From NCBI GenBank assembly GCA_964234715.1, contig OZ174280.1: 64,000 nt of DNA. One strand, 5' to 3'. A program made the translations under genes and the position numbers. Below the pieces are notes generated by a model. It saw nothing but the letters and a program-made list of their open reading frames with translations, was not told the DNA's origin and did not search any database. Every line of letters begins with the position of its first letter. Within the stretch, counting starts at the first letter, position 1. The DNA is from Podarcis melisellensis. Lineage: Eukaryota. Positions 12,801-26,925 of the stretch are shown here, one piece after another.

Positions 12801-15800
12801 AACATTTTCTCATTTTGGAAAAGCATTTAAAACTTAAGATATAATGTGACACTGATAGCAAAGCAAAAACATCTACAGTCAAATTTCAGAATGCAGATAA
12901 AAATTAAAAGTTGCCTTTAAAATGTAAGTTTCATTAAATGTTCTACTCCAAGTAATTACATGGAGCTTTTTCAAGACATGCTTGCTAAGGGCTTTACAGG
13001 TCACTGGAAAGCAAATGACATTTCACTCCCTTGACAGCCAACCAGCAATATTGCTCACTTACGGTTGTTGAGAAAATGTGAATGCCAGAAGTTGAATCTT
13101 GCCCAGATTCAAAAAGCATAATGGGCAAACAAGCTCATAAGAGTTGCCTTCCTCTATAACTTAGATAATTATTATTCATTAAGTACAGGTGAATATAATT
13201 GTACCTCAATGCCTGGCTAGTTGGGAGAAACAAAATTTGTCTGGAACAGTAACTAGATGATAGAAGGAAGCCAATTTACCTCACCCTTCCTACTATATAA
13301 CAGTGACACACAGCAGCTTACACAGTGTGTGGGGTGGAGAATGACAAACCTAACAAACAATTTTAATGAAATCTATGAATAAAACTCCAAGATACTATAA
13401 TATAACTCAAGCAATGTGTTAGTTCTACTGGGCTTTACTCAAGACAGCAGTCCATATCCCAGACATTATTACAAGTAAAAACATGAACTGTTTTTCAGCA
13501 GGAGGTGGTGGTAGGCAAAAAGCTCTTAAATTGCTTTCTAGTGCTCCTTGTAAGCTTTAGCTTTTTAAGTAAACTGCTTTGAGCACACTTGTGTGGAAAA
13601 GTGGCACATAATGTTGAGTTGGGTTGGTTAGCATCCTAATAAGACATCCATGAATCATACAGCTCCTTCAGTCCATGGACAGGACCATGATCTAATGGAG
13701 TACCAGCAGAAGGTAGGATGAAGTTTTCCTTTCCTCTGCATCTTCTCTCAAATTGCTCCCGTGAGCCTCCCAACCTTCTGCAACAGATTTTCAGCAGACA
13801 TAACTGACTAGTTGGGAAAGAGGAAACAGTGGAAGTTACCTTCCCACCTTGGGGTGGTAGGAGCATACTCTCCCCAGGGTTACTTCCAGCAACAGAAGCC
13901 TGGTACAAGACTGTAGTGCAATTCTATTCAAGTCTAGTCTAAAGTAAGTCTCATTGTTTTCTGTGGGACTTACTCCGGGGTAAATATGTTTCAAATTGAG
14001 GCCTCAGTCAGCATGTTAATTAATTAATTAATATATTGACTAATTAATTAATATATTGCTAATAACGTAGTCGTAGGGCATTTGCTAGACCTGCATGCAT
14101 GCAAAAATTGTAACATATACCATGCATCTTTTCCAAACCTTATGTTTTGCTCAGCCTCATAGTTTAGCTAGCAATAACCATGTATTCTTTACAGCTCACC
14201 CCCAATATCTGGAATGAGGGGGACAATGATTCTGCACCAGATAATGTGCATCTCACAGACATCTGAGCACTGATTTCTGACCTTTCAAACACTTTCACTC
14301 ATTCTGTGACTCTTTTTGCAATGAATTTTAAGGACAAGGAGCAAGAGGTTGAGAGGAGAGGCTTATGGATGGGAGAAGAAGAATGATACCCATAAAAAGA
14401 AAATGACATCAATAGGTCCCCTTATTTAAAAGGCCTGAGGATCACAGTTCTGTATCAACATACCTATTAAGATACGCCTCTGGAATATATGGATCTATCT
14501 AGTGCATAAGCCTCAAATGTGACCCAAAGCAAGCTGTCTTTGAAACACAACAGTAATGAATCCATAAAGCAAAATGAAAAACAGAGCTTTTAATCTGTGA
14601 GAACAGCTTATGCCATGATTATTCTGCATTCCACTGCTTAGCCATTGGATATACCATTATGAATATTGAAATTTCTCATTGCTTAGCTGTTATTCAGAAA
14701 TGCTGTATGGGTAGGACCCCCCTGCCCCCACCTCAAGATGTTGGACAATTGATCTTGTGTCAGTATGACAATATAGCAACATTTAATTGGCAGCTTTGAT
14801 GGAATCAGTATGAAATCTTTTTAGAAATAAATTAAAGTGACAGCAAGATTACTCCATGGAAAGAAACAGTCTGCCGCTAAGCTGCAGTTAACTTCCCCCT
14901 TTTTAATTTCATAAACCTTCATATTTTATTTAAAAAAATTTTTTTTGATCAGTCCGTGTTGAGGCCAGGCTGAAATTCCCCCCTCTCAAATCACTATCAT
15001 TGTGCACCATCTCTCCACTCCCACCAAGTTCCCTGCACAGATAAGCATCATCCCCATGAAGCATTCTGACCCAGTGAGAATGCCTAGGGTGGCTGCTGCT
15101 TGAAGCAGTGTCAAATATTTCCCCCCATTAAAAAAAAAAACAGCAACCATTGACAACTTCATCTTAGGACGCACTCTTGATTGAAAATCTGCTTTAACCT
15201 ATTTTAATACAGTAACTGTAAATTGTTGTGACCCAACCTGGGAGCTCATGGTGAAGAGTCGGTAAGAATTCTAATAAAATCTTATTTATATAATCAGCAT
15301 CATCTTCAAACATAAGGCTACTTCCACCTGAAAGTTCTGAAGTTTTACTCTCCCAAGAGTCATTCAATCTTTGGGTGGGGCATTTTCTCCTCATCTTCAC
15401 TAAAATGCTGAAAAAAGTCAGACTTGAGTAAAGTTCCATCAAGTACTTGTTTATTATCCAGCAAGGATAGTCACAACTATGTTCTATTGAACTGAATGGT
15501 CAGATTTAAATTGCTTCTCAACTTGGGAAATATCTTTCTTGTGAAAAGGAAACAAAATCTAAGTTTTAGAAACTCAAATTCTACACTATGTTTCTAGCTT
15601 GTCTTTCTGCATCCTCAAGGAGGAGTTTGAGTCTCAATTAATATCTGACCCAATTAAATGCTGAGTTATCTCAGAGCAACACACAACCCATTATACCCTG
15701 AAATTCAACAATCTATGTGTTCACATAAGGCACTAGAAACCAAAGAACCCACCCTACATATTCTCTGTTTGCAAAGGATGAGAATCTATTTCAAACATTT

Positions 15801-16118
15801 TATTGAGCCACACCTGAAGTTAAAACTATTACTGCCTGCAGCTAATCATGGGAGTGTGAAAGAAAAAACACCCAGCTTGTCTAAACAAAACAACATAATA
15901 GAAAACATTAACCTGATCCTCCAAAGATGACAGACTTGTACATTTTATAGCTTAACACAGGAAAATCTATGGATATATATATATATACAGAGTGTGTGGG
16001 TTGTTGTTTTTTTAAATGATATAAAAGCTGCCCAAATAAAGCCTAACTTTTACTGCTGTTCTCACATAAAATTATTTAATACATAATTTCTGCTGAAAAA
16101 CAAAAGATTATCTGCTAT

Positions 16119-16257
16119 CAGCACTATTTTTCTAGAAAAAGAGGTGCTGGGACTCACCATGAACACCTCCCTCATTCTCTTATAATGGCAATGGTTCCCA
16201 CCTGAGAGGTGCTGGAACTGAGTTCCGGCAAGTTCCAGCTAAAAAAAAAAAGCCCTG
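16119..16257. mobile_element. hAT MITE
   Basis: Termini cagcactatttttctag / ctaaaaaaaaaaagccctg; 8-bp TSD tctgctat / cttgctat (6 of 8). Confidence 0.75.
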
Positions 16258-19200
16258 CTTGCTATTACATTTTGGAAATACTTCTTAAAAACCCATCACA
16301 ATTTGCTTTGTCCCCAAATGGCTGACTTGCTTCAATAAGCTAATTTGAGGTACTTTTTGTGGGGTGTGCCTTTTTTTTTGTTTTGTTTTGTTACTTGTCT
16401 TGATTCTATGCCTTAACATCAGGGTGGCATGCAAAAATCTGTGAAACACTTTTTGTGACTTGGACATAAAGTGACACTATAAACTTTCAACTTCTTAATT
16501 TTTGTATCCCAGGCCACTGTTAAATGCTCGCTCTCTGTTCCTGTGCCTTTAACAATAAAGCTACTCAATTTAAGTTCACAGGAAAGGAAGATGGGTTGAT
16601 GGCTGATCACACAATCTGAAAGCTTAGCTGACAGCCCACCTATTTCCAGATAAATAAACATAAAAACATTAAAAAGTTTTTCATCTCCATGAACCTGAAT
16701 AGTTCTCCATGCCTTTATCAGTGCTACTCTTATTTCTACAGGTGGTTTTTTTAAGTAAAAGAAACACACACTATGTTTTTCAGGAAGAAGATTGAAAAAC
16801 CAGATGATGGGAAGTCAAAGTGAATAGACATTTTCAAGTGGGATTTGCAAATAAAGGAAGTTTTTTCAAGCAATTGTAGAACAATATATATCTACCATGA
16901 ATTTTATCCTAAAGCAACGAGGGTTAAATGTTGCATAACAAGAAAAATAAACATTATGTTAGGCCTACTGTTACTTAACGTAAAAATGTGGACAAGTCAG
17001 ACCAGCTGTGTAACAGTCAATGCTTTTACAGTAATAAATTTTGACAGCAGAAATAAAAAGAATGCATTATCGAGGTATCATCAAATGGGTTCTGTCAGTA
17101 CATAGGAACTCCACCCTGTATAAGCTTGTCAAAAAGTGTTACTGTAATCCATTGAGAAGTCTCCTCCTCAGGCAAGAGAGGAAAAAATGCATAAGGAGGA
17201 GGCTCAAAACAGGTGTGTTGAATTGTAATACCATTATTTAATCACAAATCTCTTCTCATTAGTTTCATATGTGACAAATTCAGGCTCTATTCTTGCCTAT
17301 CATGCAATGCTAGAATCATCACTCAACAGTCAAGTTAAAAGCCAAATGTAAACAATGAAACTGTGGACATGTCTTTTTAACACTGTACACTCCTCAAACA
17401 CAAAAGGCTTAATAAATTACTGCCATTTCTCTTGGAGCTCCCAGCTAGGTCTCCAGTAACAATATGAGACTGAAGGAAATTATATTTCTCAATTAAAATT
17501 GGACTTCCTCTGGATAGAAACAGCCACTTTCTCTGGCTCACTTTTTTCCAAAGCTGCTACTGCTCAGGATAACATTGCCAATTCATTATGGTACTATATT
17601 ACTATTTAGTCCACAGGCATTTAGGGTGTAATCCTAAAGCCAGTAGGAGACCAGCTGAGGACCTCTGGATTCAGAATCCCATTCCATCAGAGAAGGAAGG
17701 CCCACTGGTATGATGGCACTCATGCCGCTAGAAGATCCCTGGTACACCCACAGAAAGGTCTGTCAGTGCAGATGTCCCACTCGTTGTGTTTTGCTGGTGG
17801 AGGTAGTGAAACGAGGGCAGCTAAGGATCTGCAAGACCTCAAGATCTCTTGAATTCCCAACGTGCCCATAAGAAGCCCTCAACTATACCGTTCCGAGAGC
17901 TGCTTCTCACTGAACACAATAGCAAGGGAGTAAATGAAGGAAAGCAGCCCACCAAAAAAGGTAGAATCCCCACCCCTACTTCCCACTCAGGCTGGAGTGA
18001 GGTGGCAGGGCACTGGAAGTGGTGCTAGCTCTGTTACCTTACTCAGAAATTATGGGAAGCCACTCTTGTGGGATTGAAAAATACCCACCACTCCCTAAAG
18101 TACTTAAGTTACCTGAATTTTAGGCCTCTATCTACATGTTTGCTAAAACTGTGCAGTGTCTCAGTTTTGTCTTACTTTTCTTCTTCTTCAGTTAGCCTCA
18201 GTGATACTAAAAGAGTTCTATCCTCTATCTACAATTAACTGAAAAATCCAGCTCCACATTATGACACCTAGCAAAGGATACTGTGTTAAATGCTATGCAA
18301 AAGTGTGTCACATTGTTATACATGATTTGAAGACTTCTAAGCATATAAATATATGAAAAGGGTAACATTCCAAATTTTCATACTGGTTCATTGTCGATTC
18401 CCCCACCCTAGCTGAAACATATATTCTTTGAACATACAGAACCATTCTTTTGTGCCTCCATGTACAAAAATTAAAACATGTTGACTTAGAAAAAAATAAC
18501 AGCCAAAAACCTCGGAAGAACTTTCTGTTTATCTTTTTGTGGTTTATGATGGCTTACAGTTGTTACTAGGAAAACAGTAACAGAAACCGGAATCTGTATC
18601 CTGCTTGCTATTGTCACATTTTGAAAGAATGTTCATGTAAATGCATTAAGATCTTCACTAGAAAAAGGAGTTGCTGTTTAAACAGAAGTTGTCAGGAACA
18701 AGGCTTATAAAAAAGAGTTACATGTTAGCTAGCAAACCACGAAAAAACAATATTTTTTTTCACATGCCAACGCCTCTTGCTAAGTACATAATATATGGAT
18801 TACTTCACTACCTGTTTAGCACATTATTTTATCTAGTGAATTCCATTTCCCTTAAAGACACTGAGGAATAAAGCTGGTTTTATTCCTCAAATGTTCTTAC
18901 AGGTTTGAAATGAATTGCAGACACTATGTTTATGTTAAGTTGTTAACTATTTTGCCTTTCCAAAGAAAACCCTTCCACTTCTTTTTTTTGTACTTCCAGG
19001 ATATGTGAAAAGGGAGAAATGTGCATGCATTCTCCCCTGGGAAAAAAACCCACAAGAGAGATGCAGAAACACAATACTGGAAGCATGAATTACTGGCACA
19101 ATTATTTTTTGCTACTTCTCTGAAAGTGAGAAGCCATCTTATGCTTCCTGGTGTTTGAAACCAACATGTGCGTCAATAAACCAACACAGCCTATATCAGC

Positions 19201-21639
19201 CATGTTTGGTGGTTGACCAAAGACTCAATAATCTGCCTGTTTATATTGCCTGCCTGGGTCTGTAAGACCATTGTGCCGGTGCTGCTGCTGACAAGCAGCT
19301 GGAAACCACAGCTGAAGACTGCATTTGGCTTGACATGTGCACAACGCTATCTTGGTAGCTGAAAGGAAAGGGAACAAGGCTATACCGATATCTCAGCCAA
19401 TCCAATTTGAGCTGCCCAATCAGCAGCACATGGCACACTGTAGTCTCCCTGCCCCTGTCCCTGCCCCAATCAGTAAATATCTAGCATTCCTATTGTACAG
19501 ACAGTGGCAGTGCTAGTGCTACTCTACCTGTTCTCACTAACTGCAGGTCAGGGAAGGAGACTGATTACTCTCAGGAATACTCCAGAGAGAGACTATAGCA
19601 CCGGAGTCCCACTGCCTACAACATGGGTTTGCAAGCACCATGCTTAACATAGAAAACAGACTTTATTGAGAGAAAATCAGAGCCTGTTAGAATAAAACCA
19701 GTTTTTGAAATGGTACCCCTAGTCATCCCTAACAACCAGAAGGTAACAAAGAATGGGGCAATGCAGTAGGCCATACATATCTTCACAAGCCATCCATTAG
19801 GCAGGTACAATTAGGCAGCAACTTAAAAACATGGCAACTATGATTTTAAAATCTGCACAACAATATAGAGTGGAATCTAGATGTTTCCCTTGTGATCACA
19901 GAAAAGCTTTTGATTCATGGGGCACCTCTGCTAAGTGATAATGAGAGAGACAATTATTGCAAATTCGCCCTTCCTCTGAAAGCTCCCTGCACTACCTTTC
20001 ACTTTGGGCTGGAAGGTCTCTAAACTCTGAAGCCAATTTACAGGGGGCACTGTAGGGCTGCAGCTCCTCCTCCTTTCTTCCATTAATAGAGGCATCTGTT
20101 GGCTCAGAAGCCCTTCTGGGAGTGCAAGGGTACCTCGGCCCTCTTTTGCATACTAAACAGCCCTATCATTTGAGACCTGAAACATTTCCATGAAAGTTTT
20201 TTTAAAAAATAATATATCATCTCATGGCTACCTTCTGCTATAATGCAATGAAAATTCAACTATATTATGCAATAAATTTCATAAATTTATGCAATCCTCA
20301 TAACTAAAAATTCTATCAAGAATAGAAAGGAATTAGAGTAGAGGGAGGAAATGGATATGGTAGATAGTAATGCAGATGACATACATTCATATTATTACAT
20401 AAAATAATCAGTAAATCTTGTACTAATGAGAAACAAGACTTAAATGGCTGAAAAATGTATTTAGTGCATTATTGTCAATCAATGTCTCTACAACCAGGAT
20501 AACAATAATCTTGAATGGCAACACACCTATTATTACAAATTCCTAACTAAGTACTTCATTACTTGCAAATGTCACTCCCAATTTACAGAGTAACAGATAA
20601 ACGTCTCATTACTGTATACCTGTCTTGTGTCTACTTTTTTTTTGTAAAACTGAAACACTGTGACAGTTCTGGAAAACTTTATGCTTCCACTTGCTCATTT
20701 AGTTTGAATGAAAGAGACCTGTACGGTAATGTATATTTTTATTATTATATACTGAAAGGTACCTTTGCTAGAGTACTAAGTATGATTGTTTTCCTATTTT
20801 TTTAATCATGGGGGTAAGGAATGAAAGAAGTGGTAAGTTTTCAGTAGAGTGAAGCCAAATTCCTAGTAAGAAAGAAATGATGAGAATAATCTCCCCATAT
20901 AATAAGCTGCTTTGAACATGTGAAAGGTCGATTAAAAACATGAGATGGCCTCCTGCTACAACCAAAATATTTTGTTCTATAACATTTCCATTATTTCTAT
21001 TACATTACAGTACTGTGATGTTATATGTTTCAGGCTACCAACTTTATTATTTACAATTTCCATCATATTTTTTAGCTAACCAGTGACACACTTTCTTTTT
21101 AAATCAACATTACAAAAACCAGTATGAACAGTAAATAACAGTTTTTAAATTTGCCGTTCAATACTTGTGGCTTTCCAGGTGCAATAATTTCCCCCCCCAC
21201 ACACATTCAGATGATTTCCTCAAGAGATAATTTCCCCCAGTACTCAAAGACAATATTTAGCCATTAAATTGCTTTTGCAAATGCTATGAAATTTCTAGGA
21301 GTCACAGGTGCCTATTGGACTATGATACTAGGATCCTTCCCTCTCTCCAATCCATAACATTTTTATTTTGTGTTATATCAGCACCTCTTACTGGTTCATT
21401 ATTGTAGCATTTCAGTATTAAATGTTCATCTTTCCCTGTTCATCATTCCCATTTAAAATAAAGCAAACACCTGTCAAAGCTCCCTTCCCTCTGTAACATG
21501 TTGTGCCATATAATGAACCTTAGCTTTTATTTTATTTATTTAAAAGCTATATATTCATTTTTAGCACTGACGCTCACTTCTGCTCTGACTTCTTTTAGAA
21601 CGCTACAGGTGATGGCTGCCCGACCCTGTCCATTACATG

Positions 21640-21777
21640 CAGGGGTGGAGAACCTTTGGCCCTTCAAATGTTGCTGAACTGGAACTTCCATCAGCTCTAT
21701 CAAGCATGGCCAATGACCATGGATGATGGGGGCTTTAGTTCAGCAACATCTGGAGGGCCAAAGCTTACCCACACCTG
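21640..21777. mobile_element. hAT-Charlie-type palindromic MITE (~138 bp)
   Basis: CAGGGGTGGAGAACCTTTGGCCCT / AGGGCCAAAGCTTACCCACACCTG; whole element self-complementary. Confidence 0.85.
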
Positions 21778-22088
21778 TGTTAGCGCATCCTGGTATTAGC
21801 GTGCCTTGATGAAAAGGACAGTAGCTGTGTCCAGTTGTACAAGAGAGCTCATTAGGTGGAACTTCTCTTACTTGTGCAGTAAGAACCTGCAAAAACTTCC
21901 TATTTGCCCAACTATTAAAGCCACAGGAACCTTGTTTTCCTTAGCATCCGGTCGTACAATGTGCAATTGGTGCTGAATTGGGGGTTGAACAGATCTAGTG
22001 CTATGAATAGAATCCAATATTTTTTAATTGTCTGGAAAGGCCTTTACTCGAAATTCACCAGATGTCTGGAGTGATGTCCAGCTCTCAC

Positions 22089-22177
22089 CTCATCTTTTAT
22101 GTCTTCCTGCTGCTGAGCACCGAAGATCTCCATTGCAGCCATCAGCCTCATCATTAGCTCATCCACTGTTGTGTTAC
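22089..22177 (-). CDS. FAF1: FAF1 coding exon (exon 15 equivalent), (G)NTTVDELMMRLMAAMEIFGAQQQEDIKDE
   Basis: Acceptor tgctag|GT, donor GAG|gtgaga; 89 bp. Confidence 0.97.
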
Positions 22178-23840
22178 CTAGCAACAAAGAAAGATAGCTG
22201 AACTTCATATTATTAAAGTTATTAAAAAACCAGAAAGTCATTCTAGAATTAATCCAAAAGGAATACCTAGCAGGGGTTTTTATAAGTCATAATAAGAATA
22301 TGAGATGAGATTCTTAGAATATTTTCTGTTTATCGGTGGGCTGCCCCCCACAAGTTTCTAATTTTTCCAATAAAATGTATGCACAAGTATAGACGAAAGT
22401 ATTTATTCTGAACTGATTGATGATGCTTTCTGTTATATTTGCCTATAGGTGAAAATAGGATCACTAAACAGGAAGAGAGAGGGGTTTTTTTTATTTCTTT
22501 CAGGTAGCTGAAAGAAGCATCTTAAAAAAAATATTGTCAAACTGATATGTAAAATTTGGGCTAGCTTCAAGAAGAATCTGAGGGCATTAGCTCAAAACAC
22601 TTTCCACAGAGTAGTTACAATTATATCCAAATTCTTCTAGACTTTTATATTGCATCTCAAATAGCAGTATATACCGGTATATCCTGTTGTCCCTTGAAAT
22701 CCTACCCTTCCTTTCGCATTAGTCCAAATATTGTTAAAATCCATTCTATGGACCTGTCAGGTTTTCATTCCTGGGTGGCAATAGCAATTCTCTATTCTCC
22801 AATGCAAGGTGGGCTGACATGCGAGAAGATGGTAGCTTCACTTCTTTCCATTATTTTCCAAGTGAGATTTTGCTTGCTCTCCACAGCAATACTGGCTGCA
22901 TTTGGCATTGTGAAATTTTGAATTTCAAATGTCGACCTTTCAGAAATCAGGATGTCTTTGACAACATACACACTAAATTTAAACTTGGAAAAGTAATGCC
23001 AAGAGTAGAGAAAGGAACTTTTTATGATAAAACATCAAACTGCCACAGCTTTGGTTAGATTTGGACCCTTGTTTTGCTTTCAAGACAGACTCCTTCAGTT
23101 ATGGAAATCTCAGCTTGAAATCAACAATATTTCAATGTTTTAAGAGTTCCAAATTAAGAATGTTGCAAGATACCTGAATTCAATGACTCAAAACATAAAG
23201 GACTCTGGCCCGGTTATAACATCTCTTCATCCCATTTAATTTTCACAATAATGCTATAGGGCAGGCTAAAATGGGACATGATAGCTTGCCCAAAGTCTTT
23301 AAGACTGAGACCCTATATGTAGACTTACCTGGACAGAAATCCCATTGAAGACAAGGGAGCTTATATCTGAGTGGATATGCACAAGAATGCTCTAATCCTA
23401 AGAACACTTACTGGAGAGTACTTTTGTAGTAAAATCCTATGCATGTTTACTCAAATCAGCCTCAATGCTGGAAATCTGAAAGGGGATCTATTCTAACAAC
23501 GAACCTGAATTCCTGTTTCTAAAGCTCTAGCTACAGAAAACTTATCATTCACAGTCTGTCAGTTGTTTTCATTTTTTTTGTATACTTGCTGGTAAGCATG
23601 AAAAATAAAAGCCATTTGTCACTATTTACACTATACTCCTCTTCATTATTAGAGATGCAAAGAGTAAGAAAATCAGTTTTGGCCGTAGTAAATGCAAATG
23701 AGTATAGTATAAATGCACTGCACTTTACATTTCCCTAAAAGGTACTTTCTGAACTAAAGAAGATAAACTATATTCTAGAGAGGACCGCCAGCAAATTAAC
23801 TTGGAAGGAACATATGCCCAATAGAACCAAAAAACGGTAC

Positions 23841-23977
23841 CTTGTATTACATTCAGCACCTCATTCGATGATCGTTTCCCCATAATAATCAGGAAAAGTG
23901 GAAACTGATCTGTTTTCTGAGTTCGAATAGTTTGAGCTACAACGCTACCAAAGTGTCTCGTGCACATCGTTAGAAAC
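23841..23977 (-). CDS. FAF1: FAF1 coding exon (exon 14 equivalent), (R)FLTMCTRHFGSVVAQTIRTQKTDQFPLFLIIMGKRSSNEVLNVIQ(G)
   Basis: Acceptor ttccag|G, donor AAG|gtaccg; 137 bp. Confidence 0.97.
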
Positions 23978-25329
23978 CTGGAAAACAGAAACATTTAAAG
24001 GGGGATGGAAATTTTGTAAAACAATGTCCACTTTATTAAGGAAAAGAAAGGTTATTAGATTTGGACTAAATTAGCGAGTTTCAAAAGTCCTGCGTGTTCA
24101 CTTTGTAACCATATCATTGTCAATATTCCCATTTATCCTGTCAATATTCCCATTTATCAATATTTATCAAAGCCAACATTCCCATTTATCATATTCAGAG
24201 CTATCAAATTCCATCCTGCAGCAAGTTGGTTCTCATACTGAAGAAAATGAACACCACATTTTAAAATAATGAATGCACCAATACAAACTATTTTTCCCCT
24301 GAACAGAAGAGAATGGAATTAGTCACAATCCAAAGAAAGACCAAGGCCAGCCCAAGACATTTCAAGGTTTAAATAGCATGTTCTACTCTGCAATGTGATG
24401 TAGAACCAGATGCTCTGTAGTACAACAAACTCAAAGGTTGTAGTATATTTTAACAGGCCTCCTGATGATGAAATCTATAGTTTATTTTTCTGTTATCACA
24501 AATATATAAAACAATTGGGGCCTCTCAAATATGCAAAGAGGAATGAGAAATTTGGTTATCCTGTTACAGCAATCCCAAGGCCAGATAAAACAAACTTTTT
24601 AGCAGGGGCAGTGTGCCTTGGCATTCACAACTAAAGTGGTTAACAGGTTAATAAATATGGGGTCTATCTGCTCCAAAGGCATTGCTAAAATAAAGAGCAA
24701 ATAAGAGAAAAATGGGGGAGGTGAGAGAGTGCTAAATGATATGAATAAATTCTACTCCAATAATATATCTCCATATGCTTTAACATCTGGGGAAGCATGT
24801 CTACAATACATTCTCCTTTCATTCACAAGCATGGACTTCTGTCACACATTCATTTTCTGGTGGAATTCTCAACTTTCAGACCATTAACACTAATCATATG
24901 GCTGTTAACAGCACTTAGAACATTTAGAGCAAGCACTTAGAATGCATACACATCACACCATTTTACTATTATCTACAATAATTGTATTGAAAGGCTTCTG
25001 GAGGTGCTGCAATGGAAGGAGGAAGAAAAGTGATGATGTGTGGGTCTAGGTAAGTTTTCCTTCCATTTTTGAGTCCTGTGCTCTGGTGTAAGACAACTGA
25101 CTTACGCCACAGGTTGGGACAAAAAAAACCTCCTGTCTTTTAGTCCCACGCTCTGGCATGGCCAAGCCAAAGCGGGACATCTGGGATTGGGATCAGAAGC
25201 CTTTCATGGAGTTTAACAAAATAATCAAACAAAAATTCAAATATCCCCAAATACATATTAAGACACTAAAAACACTGCATCACAAACTTTATCAATACAG
25301 TTGCAACAACATAGCTGTTGGACTCCAGG

Positions 25330-25500
25330 TAATATTTAACCTCAAAGACTAAGAGGAAAAAATGCATGTTCAATTGGCTTTGGAAAACTGACAGTAAGAG
25401 GGACAAGTTACCGGTAATCCCTACAGGGAAAGAGTTCCACACCTGGGGTGTGACGACAGAGAAGGCACCATATGAGGGTAACCTCTGCTTCACTGCATCT
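25330..25500 (-). mobile_element. L2 3' fragment
   Basis: Minus ORF contains AFSVVTPQVWNSFP, the L2 C-terminal motif. Confidence 0.65.
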
Positions 25501-26641
25501 CCTGAAGTATTTTTGAACAAATCTTTCAAGAGTCCAACAGAATTTCAACACTGACTTTTGTTGAAATTTCTAAAAATGAATGAAACTGACTGAAGTACCA
25601 CTTCCTAGGATTTCAGAAGTGGTAGAATCAGTTTCCTTAAGATAAGTCTCTTACTCAGGCAGAAAGAAAGAGATCTACTTAGAATTCTGCATGCTGTTTC
25701 TAATTTTCAAACACAAAACATTTAACCATGTTTTGAGCACCAAGCTCCACCTGTTTACCAAGAGCAGGAAAGATAGAGAAAGCAGTTATGATTGCAGTCA
25801 TATACTCACACTTACTTGGAAGTAAGCCCCATTGAACTCAATGGTTTTCACTTCTCAGCCATTGTAAATATGATTGGGTCATATACAAGGTAACTGGTAT
25901 CTCAGTTACAACTGCTACATATGCACCGGAATAAACTACAAGGCTCAAAGTAATGTAATGACGCCTTTTAGTTGAATCTTTAGATGCTGAATTTGTCATC
26001 AAGACACAACATACAGTACCATCCTGAAAGGTTCAGTGTGCTGGTATTGTTGCATGAAGTTGTGTGGATAACTATGAACACACCAAAACATTAGGGCTCA
26101 AAACAACATGGAATGGCACCAGAAATCTATCATTTGTGACATCTCACTTCACAGAAACACCACTTCTGATTACCATGGCTCTGTCACACTGTATTGAATG
26201 GATAATTGAACTCATCCCCAAAGAAATCTAGCAAACCTAACTTTTGCTGTACTTCACATGACTATACACATGACTATACAAATCTGCAAGTATTGTGTAT
26301 TGTACCCTTTACTAGGTATCAGCAACTAAACTTAAGAGCTTCAGAGTAAAATACAAATCTAGAAAAAATAAATACCAACAGAATAAAAGTTGGGGACTTA
26401 TTTAATTATGAAATACATATATTGCTTTATACCTAGAGATAATATTTTAATATAAAATTTGTAAGTTCAATTAGTAGCAATAAAAATCAATGACTTTTAC
26501 TCAAGAGTTATGCTTCTGGATATAGTACTAGCCTTCTTCACTTTCATACTTACTAGTGCAGTCTTAAAATAATAATTCTAAGCTTTTGGCCAAAAAAATG
26601 CCTTCATCCATTAGCATACTGAAGTCTGGCATTAGTATTCT

Positions 26642-26925
26642 NNNNNNNNNNNNNNNNNNNNNNNNNNNNNNNNNNNNNNNNNNNNNNNNNNNNNNNNNNN
26701 NNNNNNNNNNNNNNNNNNNNNNNNNNNNNNNNNNNNNNNNNNNNNNNNNNNNNNNNNNNNNNNNNNNNNNNNNNNNNNNNNNNNNNNNNNNNNNNNNNNN
26801 NNNNNNNNNNNNNNNNNNNNNNNNNNNNNNNNNNNNNNNNNNNNNNNNNNNNNNNNNNNNNNNNNNNNNNNNNNNNNNNNNNNNNNNNNNNNNNNNNNNN
26901 NNNNNNNNNNNNNNNNNNNNNNNNN
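26642..26925. other. Assembly gap (N run, 284 bp)
   Basis: Ns in the sequence. Confidence 1.
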
